NCBI GenBank assembly: GCA_016208085.1
Contig: JACQYT010000015.1
Span: 2,775 to 66,774, forward strand
Direction: 5' to 3'
Source of the DNA: Elusimicrobiota bacterium
GTDB taxonomy: Bacteria; Elusimicrobiota; Elusimicrobia; Elusimicrobiales; UBA9959
DNA length: 64,000 bases
Each line of letters begins with the position of its first letter. Position 1 is the first letter of the stretch. Below, in pieces: positions 55,043-62,200 of this stretch. The notes beneath the pieces are model-generated. The model worked only from the letters and a program-made list of their open reading frames with translations. It was not told the DNA's origin and ran no database searches. Both the position numbers and the translations under genes were made by a program.

Positions 55043-56506
55043 ATGCGGATAAAAAACAAACTTATACTGCAAAGCGTCGTTCTGCTGGGGTCCGCCCTGG
55101 GGGGCGCGGATATATTTTTTTATATTTCCGAGCGAAACCACCTGCTGGCCGAGGAGGCTTCGGCCCAGGGCGCGGCGGCCATGAAGTTCTCCAACGTGTC
55201 GGCGGAGTGCATATTGTCCGGGAACGACTTCTTTCTGCTGAATTACACCAAAGCGGCAATGGAGAGATCCCCGGGCCTGCTCTGGGCGGCCGTCCTGGAC
55301 CCCGGCGGGAAATACTTGTTCCATTCAGACCTGACGCGGGGGGACGCCGGGCTTATCGGGAAAAGCGCCTTCGGGAGCTGGGCGGACTATGCCGTGAAGG
55401 CTTCAAGCGCTTCATTCAGGGACACTGAATCCGGCGCCGGGAAAGCGCGGCTGTGGTTTTACCCTGTCGCCTCCCAAAAGAAAATCCTGGCCGTCGCCGT
55501 TCTCGCCTATGACCGGACAATGCTGGAGCATAAGCTGTCCGCGATCCTTTCCGCCGGCCATAAGAGGTTCCTGTGGATAGCGGCCGCCGTGCTGCTGCTT
55601 GGGATAACGGCGTCCGTGTTCCTGGCGGTTTACTTCACGCTGCCGGTGCGAAAGCTCTCGGAAGGCGCCGCGGCCATCGGCGAGGGCAACTGGGATTTCA
55701 GGATAGAGCTGGGCCGCAGGAACGATGAACTGGGGCTGCTGGCAGGGGAATTCAACGAGATGGCGGCCAGGCTCAAAGAGCTGGACGAGCTTAAGAACGG
55801 GCTCATCCACCACGTCTCGCACGAAATACGCAATCCCCTCGGCGCCATAGACGGCTATCTGAAGCTCTTTTCAAGATCTTGCGCGGGTATGAGCCGGGAG
55901 CAGGAAGACTACGTGAGGATAATGCGCTCAAATCTGGCCCGCCTTAACTCCCTGGTGGACGATATACTGCTGCTGGCCGCGCTGGAAGCTGGCCGGATCC
56001 GCTATGATTTCCGGCCTTGCCCGCTTTCGGAGACCGTCCGTTCCGTGGCGGAGCTTTTCGCGGCCAGCACGCTGGAGAAAAATATAACGCTGGATTGGGA
56101 CGTGCCGAAAGATCTGACGGTCAGAATGGACCCGGAAAGGATACGGCAGGTGCTGGTCAACCTCACGGCGAACGCCGTCAAATACACGCCCGGAGGCGGG
56201 GGTATAAGGCTGGGCGCCCAGGCATGGAACGAGCTGTCGCAGGTGAGGGTCTTCGTGATGGACACGGGACCGGGCATACCGCCTGAAAAAATACAAACCC
56301 TTTTTCGGAAGTTATCCAGGGCCGACGATGTGCGGACCCGGGGAAAAGTAAAGGGGACCGGCCTGGGGCTTTATATCTCCAGGCAGATAGTGGAAGCGCA
56401 CGGGGGCGCCATCTGGGCGGAGTCCGCGCCGGGTGAGGGAAGCGTATTCTCTTTCACCCTGCCCGCCGCCGCGCCGGAGCCGCCGGAGGCTGCACTGGAT
56501 GCCTAA
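55043..56506 (+). CDS. Sensor histidine kinase (periplasmic sensor, HAMP, HisKA, HATPase)
   Basis: Two TM helices, HAMP LPVRKLSEGAAAIGEGNWDF, H-box HHVSHEIRNPLGAIDGY, DTGPGIP, GTGLGLYIS. Confidence 0.85.
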   Translation: MRIKNKLILQSVVLLGSALGGADIFFYISERNHLLAEEASAQGAAAMKFSNVSAECILSGNDFFLLNYTKAAMERSPGLLWAAVLDPGGKYLFHSDLTRGDAGLIGKSAFGSWADYAVKASSASFRDTESGAGKARLWFYPVASQKKILAVAVLAYDRTMLEHKLSAILSAGHKRFLWIAAAVLLLGITASVFLAVYFTLPVRKLSEGAAAIGEGNWDFRIELGRRNDELGLLAGEFNEMAARLKELDELKNGLIHHVSHEIRNPLGAIDGYLKLFSRSCAGMSREQEDYVRIMRSNLARLNSLVDDILLLAALEAGRIRYDFRPCPLSETVRSVAELFAASTLEKNITLDWDVPKDLTVRMDPERIRQVLVNLTANAVKYTPGGGGIRLGAQAWNELSQVRVFVMDTGPGIPPEKIQTLFRKLSRADDVRTRGKVKGTGLGLYISRQIVEAHGGAIWAESAPGEGSVFSFTLPAAAPEPPEAALDA

Positions 56507-57179
56507 CGTACTGCTTTGCCTGCGCGGCGCGGCGGAAGCCGCGTCCCTTGCCGCGGGGCTGGCCGCCAGGGGGCTGACCGTGTCCCGCGTGGCGACCGGA
56601 GAGCAGGCTTTGGAATCGGCGTTCGCCTCAAACCGCGATTTTGTGGCCGTTGAAACCGATCTTCCGGGCATAAACGGCTTTGAAGTATGCCGGGTCCTTA
56701 AAAGAGACCTGCGGACCGCCGCTGTCCCCGTTGTGCTTATAGGCACCTCCACCGGCCGCGCGGAAATACTGGCCGGGTTTGAAGCGGGGGCTTGCGAATT
56801 CCTGACCAGGCCGCTGGATCCCCAGCTTTTTGCCGCCAAGGTGGAAGCGCTGCTGCGGCACTTATGGGAATCGCTGCCGGCCTTGAAGCTTGCCGTGGGA
56901 CCGATAACGATGGACACCGCCGACCACATGGTGGAAGTTAAAGGTTCGCCGGTGCGCCTGACCGGCAAGGAATTCGCGCTGCTTGAGCTTTTCCTGCGAC
57001 GTCCCGGCAAACTTCTCAATTCGGATTTCATCCTGGGCATGGTCTGGGGCGGCGACAGGCGGGGGGGGTCCCACACCCTCACGGTCCACGTACAGCGCCT
57101 GCGCCAAAAGCTGGGCCCCGGCGCCTGCCGGCTCCTGGAGACCATCCACGGCCTCGGCTACCGGTTGAACCCCAAATAG
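56499..57179 (+). CDS. OmpR-family response regulator with atypical receiver domain
   Basis: Winged-helix C-terminus LTGKEFALLELFLRRPGKLL...VHVQRLRQKLG...HGLGYRL. ATGCCTAA overlap with the kinase stop. Confidence 0.85.
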   Translation: MPNVLLCLRGAAEAASLAAGLAARGLTVSRVATGEQALESAFASNRDFVAVETDLPGINGFEVCRVLKRDLRTAAVPVVLIGTSTGRAEILAGFEAGACEFLTRPLDPQLFAAKVEALLRHLWESLPALKLAVGPITMDTADHMVEVKGSPVRLTGKEFALLELFLRRPGKLLNSDFILGMVWGGDRRGGSHTLTVHVQRLRQKLGPGACRLLETIHGLGYRLNPK

Positions 57180-57189
57180 CGAATTACAC

Positions 57190-57531
57190 AAATAAAATGT
57201 TGTCCGACAACATTTTATCTTACCCGGCACGGGGTTTTCTTCAACACCTTGCCGGGGTGGAGCGAAGCGACACAATTCAACTGTATCCAACAGGATGAGG
57301 GGGAAATTTCTTTCCCCCTCAAGGCTATGCCGGTAATTGTAGCGGGCGATGTGAATCGCCCTTCAAGCGGATTTACATCCGCCGCTACATTTTTGCCCCA
57401 AGGTTACCCCGCCCGAAGAAAGGCTAAAGGATAAAGGCTGAAGGATGAAGGAAAAACAAAGAGATTATTCCGGCCTTTAGCCTTTATCCCTGATCCTTTA
57501 TCCTTTCTTTAGGGCGGGGTATGGTAAAAAT
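57190..57531 (+). repeat. Composite modular element X, copy 2 (with nested REP)
   Basis: Same as 37789-38068, except that 8 nt (actcctcc) are replaced by about 72 nt containing REP 57338-57389. Confidence 0.8.
57338..57389. repeat. REP element (TGTAGCGG family) nested in element X
   Basis: tgtagcgggcgatgtgaatcgccc ttcaa gcggatttacatccgccgctaca. Confidence 0.8.
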
Positions 57532-57654
57532 TTTTAATCAAGAACGAATTACGCGAATGTATTCGCGACATTCGTGTTTATAATTTGTTTACCTTTTGTT
57601 GAGGACTTTGTTACCGGCGGCGCTGTATACTATCAATAACTGATAAGGAATACA

Positions 57655-59064
57655 ATGCCACCGGTAATTATGCTTTTGTTGTTAATCACACAACTCGTTC
57701 TGAGCGGAATAGCGGCTGCCGCCGTTTCCCAGGGCGGCGAATATTCCCTTTACCCCCGGATATTTTCTAACGGCGCGGCAATTGACAGGACTTCGGGAGA
57801 ATACTCCGCCTCCTTCGCCATAGCCCAGCAGAATCCGACAGGCGAGCCTGCCGAAGACGAATATTCGGCCGCGCTGGGTTTCTACAGCGGGCTCGGAAGC
57901 GGAGCGCCTCCGCAGATACTGAACCTGGGCAGCGCAATCGCCGGTGCGCTGGGGCCTGAGGTTTCCGGCTTCAAGCTTGGAGTCCCCCGGTTGTCCACCG
58001 TTTCACTGCAGTTCGACGAAGATATGCTGAGCGAGTCTTTTGCCTCCGCCATTAAGCTTACCGCGATACGGGACAGGAACGGCCGGCAGATAATTTCGGA
58101 ACTGCCGGCCGGCTATTCCTACGATCCGCAAAACAGGACGCTGGAGATCTGGCCCATAAGCGGGTCATGGAGCGGAAATACCTTCCACGAACTCACCATC
58201 TCAACTTCGGTCATCGACTACCAGGGGCTTTCCCTGGCGCAGGCCCTGGAGTTCCGTTTTGTGACGATGCTTGAAGCCGGCCAGGATAACACCGTGGTTT
58301 CCCCCGACGGCGCGGCCAGGATAATCCTGCCCGCGGGAGCGCTCCAAAAAGACGCTTACCTGGTATTCAACAGTTCGCCGTCGGAAAGTCCGCGCCGGGT
58401 GGACCCGGGGAAGCTCCAGGCGGCCACCGCGAAGCTCCAGAGCAGCAGGGGGAAATTCTATCTGCCCTACGCTTTCAACGAAATAAACGCCTACGATGCC
58501 CAAAACAGCCTTCTCTCCGGCAATTTTGCCAAACCCGGCCGTTTAACGCTTTTCTATCCGGATGCGGATTCGGACGGCCTTGTGGATTCGGCTGCGACGC
58601 CGATAAAGCAGAAGAACAGTTCGCTTTACTGGCTTGACGAACCAAGCGCTATGTGGGTGAAGCTGCCGGATTCCGGCGTGAACGCCGTCGACAGGCAGGT
58701 CACGGCAAGCGTGCCTCATTTTACGGTCTTTGCGGCAGTCGGCAGCGCGGAGTTTTCGGCACAGGACGCGTTCGCCTACCCGGTGCCTTTCCGCCCGCAC
58801 GGGCCTAACGCCGGCACGGGGGCGGGGCAAACCGGCGCCGAGTCCTCCGGCATCACTTTTATGAATCTCCCTTCGGAGGCTGAAATTTCCGTTTTCAACG
58901 CCAGGGGCGAGCTGGTCTGGAAAGGCCGGGACTCCGACGGGGACGGCAAGCATGTCTGGAACGTGAAGAACGACGACGGGTTTGCGGCCGCAAGCGGCGT
59001 TTATTTTTACGTTGTCCGCAGCGCGCGGGATTCAAAGACCGGTAAGCTGGTGATAATAAGATAG
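57655..59064 (+). CDS. Secreted Ig-like (SbsA/Big_5-type) protein with T9SS-type CTD
   Basis: Signal peptide; GEYS repeats; VSLQFDEDMLSESFASAIKL Ig-like domain. C-terminus AYPVPFRP...ISVFNARGELVWKG...ASGVYFYVV...GKLVIIR. Confidence 0.75.
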   Translation: MPPVIMLLLLITQLVLSGIAAAAVSQGGEYSLYPRIFSNGAAIDRTSGEYSASFAIAQQNPTGEPAEDEYSAALGFYSGLGSGAPPQILNLGSAIAGALGPEVSGFKLGVPRLSTVSLQFDEDMLSESFASAIKLTAIRDRNGRQIISELPAGYSYDPQNRTLEIWPISGSWSGNTFHELTISTSVIDYQGLSLAQALEFRFVTMLEAGQDNTVVSPDGAARIILPAGALQKDAYLVFNSSPSESPRRVDPGKLQAATAKLQSSRGKFYLPYAFNEINAYDAQNSLLSGNFAKPGRLTLFYPDADSDGLVDSAATPIKQKNSSLYWLDEPSAMWVKLPDSGVNAVDRQVTASVPHFTVFAAVGSAEFSAQDAFAYPVPFRPHGPNAGTGAGQTGAESSGITFMNLPSEAEISVFNARGELVWKGRDSDGDGKHVWNVKNDDGFAAASGVYFYVVRSARDSKTGKLVIIR

Positions 59065-59262
59065 GGTAGAGGGTAGAGGGTTTAGGGTAGAGGGTTTAGG
59101 GTAGAGGGGGGAAAAGACGGACGAAGATTAGAGCAGACGAAGAAAAATTGTAAAGCGGAACAGGGCGAATTTTATGAATACTTTAACGCATAACAGAAAC
59201 CGCGCTTTTATCCCGGCATTTCTGTTTGCCTGCACCCTATCCCCTATCCCCTCTACCCTAAC
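59062..59262 (+). repeat. Class A word hairpin spanning the CTD-protein stop and the PorV-like start
   Basis: Seven GGG tracts at 59064-59110, starting in the TAG stop. The loop holds ATG 59174. C-arm 59233-59262 encodes CTLSPIPSTLTP. Confidence 0.7.
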
Positions 59263-60313
59263 CCCTGTTTTCGCCGGCAGTTCCGCCGGGGCCACGGCAA
59301 TGAGCTTTCTGCGCATGGACCCCGCCGCCCACCAGACCGGCATGGGGGGGGTGGGAGTGGGGCTTTTTGAGAATCTTCAGAACATGTCCTACAACCCCGC
59401 CCTGCTCGGGATGCTGAAGCACAACGAGCTGGTCTTCTCGCACGCCAACTGGCTGGTTGATTCCAGGTTCCAGGACGTGGCGTTCGCTTTCGCCACCCGC
59501 TCTAAAGGCACTTTCGGCGTGAGATATAAAACTTTCAGCTACGGCTCAATAGATTCCTACGACGCCGCGGGCGGGAAGCTGGCTTCTTTCAAGGCGCGCG
59601 ATTCCCTTATTTCCGCAAGCTGGGGCGCGCAGCTTGAGCGCGTGCACGGCATCTGCGCCGGGATAACGATACGCCAGGCGACGCAGGACCTGTCTTTCGT
59701 TTCCGCCGGCGCCGTCATGGCCGACGCCGGTTTTTCCATGCTCCCTTTCAAAGAGCGGCTCAACGGAGCTTTTTCCTTCGGCGCGGCGGCTAAAAACCTG
59801 GGGCAAGAAGTAAAGTTTGACCGGGAAAGCGAATACTTGCCGTCCACGCTGGATTTCGGCTTCGGCTGGACGGGGTTGCTGGAAAGGCTGTCCGCCGGGG
59901 TGGACGTTCACATGCCGAAAGCGCAGGGTATCTATTACAGCGCCGGCGCCCAGTACAGGGCGGCCGACATGCTGGACCTGCGGGCCGGCTTTGAAACCGG
60001 CCAGGAACAGGGCTCGGGTCTGCGCCTGGGAGCGGGCGTCAACTTCGGAGCCTGGCAGCTGGATTACGCCTGGCTCCCGTTCGGACTTCTCGGCGACACC
60101 CACCACGCGAGCCTGCTGTACAGATTCGGGGGGCCGGCCGAATCCGCTTATGCGGCGGGTCTGAAGGCGCTGCGCAAGACGAGGTACGCCGAGGCGGTGC
60201 TTTATTTCGCAACGGCGCTTGAAGAGGACCCGACGATGGACAAAGCGGCGCTGAAACTGAAAGCTGCGCACAAACTGCTTCAGGAACAAAAGGAGCTGAA
60301 AGAGGCGCCATGA
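59174..60313 (+). CDS. PorV/PorQ-like outer-membrane beta-barrel with C-terminal TPR-like helix pair
   Basis: Paralog of 30814..31998 (IPAFLF...PVFAG signal peptide, HQTGMGGVGVG...YNPALLG). C-terminus AGLKALRKTRYAEAVLYFATALEEDP. Confidence 0.6.
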   Translation: MNTLTHNRNRAFIPAFLFACTLSPIPSTLTPVFAGSSAGATAMSFLRMDPAAHQTGMGGVGVGLFENLQNMSYNPALLGMLKHNELVFSHANWLVDSRFQDVAFAFATRSKGTFGVRYKTFSYGSIDSYDAAGGKLASFKARDSLISASWGAQLERVHGICAGITIRQATQDLSFVSAGAVMADAGFSMLPFKERLNGAFSFGAAAKNLGQEVKFDRESEYLPSTLDFGFGWTGLLERLSAGVDVHMPKAQGIYYSAGAQYRAADMLDLRAGFETGQEQGSGLRLGAGVNFGAWQLDYAWLPFGLLGDTHHASLLYRFGGPAESAYAAGLKALRKTRYAEAVLYFATALEEDPTMDKAALKLKAAHKLLQEQKELKEAP

Positions 60314-61707
60314 AACACACAACGCTCGGACTGATCCTTTTGGCCGCCTTTTTGCCGGCCGCCGCCGGCGGAACCCCGTGGACGGCGCAATCCCTCGAAT
60401 CAGGGCTGGAGACGGGCGACAAGCTTGCGGACACGGGCCATGAGCACGAAGCCCTGTCGGTTTTTCTGGATGTCCTGAAATCCAGCCCCGGAGATAAACG
60501 GGCGCTTACGGCTATGAAAGAACTGGCCGCGCGCGCGGCCGCGGCCGCCGGCGCAAAATCCACGGCGGCCCTGGATAACGCGCGGCTTTACAACGCGCTG
60601 GACGACGCGGGGGTTGAAATGCTGAACGAAGTCCGGGAGCCGGAACTGCGGCTGGGCTTCGCGAGGGCCAGGCGGCTCTTCAACGACGGACAGCTTTTGC
60701 TGGCGTACGATGTGTTCCTGTTGCTTGAAAGCCGCAAGCCTTCCCAGGACTGGCTCAAGGACGAGATCAGGCGCTATCTCCGGGAAAGACTGCCCCGGGA
60801 AATAGAGCGCGCACGGGTGAGAGGTTTTTACGGGATAAACGCGGACCTTTATTGCCTAAACGCTTTAACGGCGTTGAGCAGAAGCGACTGGGAAGGAGTC
60901 TACAGGAATCTTGGACTGTGGCTGAACATTTCCGTGCCCGGAAAACCCGAGCAGGGCGCAAAACTGGAAAAAGAGGCGAAATTTCTGCTGGCGCGCATGA
61001 AAAGCAGGATCTCCCTGTCCCAAATCGAAGAAAGAGGGGTCTCCTGGCTTGTGGACGCGCGGCAAAGTTTTTTAAAGCAGGATTACGACGGCGCCGTAAA
61101 CATGCTGGAGGCGTTCATACCGGTTGCGGGCGGGGTGGAACTTTCCGCGAGGGCCTGGGAACAGCTTGGAGCCGCTTATGATTTCAACGAGCTTCTGGAC
61201 GGCATCGCCAAGACTGAAACCGCCCTCAGCCGGGGGCAATACGCCGAGGCCTCGGTTTTAATAGCGAACGCCCTGGAGCGGTACCCGGGCAGCAGAAAAA
61301 TGGCGGAACTTAAAAGCGCGCTGTTCGAAAAAATCCGGCCGCCCGCGGAACGGGGCGTAATGGCGCGCGTTCCGGCCGCGGAGGCCCCGTGGGCCGAAAC
61401 TCCGGAAGCTTCCCGGACCAACGCCGCCCAGTCGCCGGCCCGGATTTCCGCGGGCGCAGGCCCGAAACGGGTCCGGCCGTCGCGCAGCCAGGAGGAAGTT
61501 CCCGCTCCCGACGCCGGCGTAAAGCTCCCCACCGGGGAGGAAAAAGCAGCGGCCGATTCCTATTATCTCCAGGGGATTTCCGCTTACGCCACGGGCGATT
61601 TTGCCAAAGCCGTGAGCAGTTGGAACGCGGCGCTTAAGCTTGTGCCGGACCATCAGAAGAGTCTTAAGGCCCTTGAGCGCCTCGCGACGGAAACGAAAGG
61701 GCGCTAA
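60310..61707 (+). CDS. Secreted TPR-repeat protein
   Basis: ATGA overlap with the upstream gene; signal peptide; TPR-like DSYYLQGISAYATGDFAKAVSSWNAALKLVPDH. Confidence 0.6.
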   Translation: MKHTTLGLILLAAFLPAAAGGTPWTAQSLESGLETGDKLADTGHEHEALSVFLDVLKSSPGDKRALTAMKELAARAAAAAGAKSTAALDNARLYNALDDAGVEMLNEVREPELRLGFARARRLFNDGQLLLAYDVFLLLESRKPSQDWLKDEIRRYLRERLPREIERARVRGFYGINADLYCLNALTALSRSDWEGVYRNLGLWLNISVPGKPEQGAKLEKEAKFLLARMKSRISLSQIEERGVSWLVDARQSFLKQDYDGAVNMLEAFIPVAGGVELSARAWEQLGAAYDFNELLDGIAKTETALSRGQYAEASVLIANALERYPGSRKMAELKSALFEKIRPPAERGVMARVPAAEAPWAETPEASRTNAAQSPARISAGAGPKRVRPSRSQEEVPAPDAGVKLPTGEEKAAADSYYLQGISAYATGDFAKAVSSWNAALKLVPDHQKSLKALERLATETKGR

Positions 61708-61720
61708 GAGGAGACCGGAT

Positions 61721-62095
61721 ATGCCCAGAATACTGGCGGTTGAAGACGAAAAGGACCAGTTGAACATGCTGAAGGTTTTTTTCAAAGGGGAGGGCTGGGA
61801 TTTCACGGGGGCCGCTACCGGCGCCATTGCCCTGGAAGAGGCCGCCGCCAGGCCCGACGTGATACTGCTGGATGTGAATTTGCCAGACATCAATGGTTTT
61901 GAACTCTGCAAGGCCCTAAAGGAAAATCCCGCCACCTCCGGCATCCCCGTGGCGCTGATAAGCGGAGATGCAAGGGATAAAGAAAGAATAATGAAGGGCC
62001 TGGGGGTGGGAAGCGCGATCTACCTGCTCAAACCGGTGGACCTGGACGTTCTGAAGGCGAAGCTGGAGGCCGTGCTCAGGATGGGAAAGCTGTAG
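61721..62095 (+). CDS. Single-domain CheY-like response regulator (canonical residues)
   Basis: GAGGAG RBS; ILAVEDEKD, VILLDVNLPDINGFE, ALISGDA, LLKPV. Confidence 0.85.
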   Translation: MPRILAVEDEKDQLNMLKVFFKGEGWDFTGAATGAIALEEAAARPDVILLDVNLPDINGFELCKALKENPATSGIPVALISGDARDKERIMKGLGVGSAIYLLKPVDLDVLKAKLEAVLRMGKL

Positions 62096-62170
62096 CGGGC
62101 GGATTGCCATCCGCTCCTTGCAGCGGCGGATGTAAATCCGCCTGAAGGGCGATTCACATCGCCCGCTACA
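62091..62170. repeat. REP element, 1.5-unit copy supplying the response-regulator stop codon
   Basis: tgTAGcgggcggattgccatccgc...gcagcggcggatgtaaatccgcc...gggcgattcacatcgcccgctaca. Confidence 0.8.
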
Positions 62171-62200
62171 TGATGAATTGACATACAAGGCGGAGGGGTT

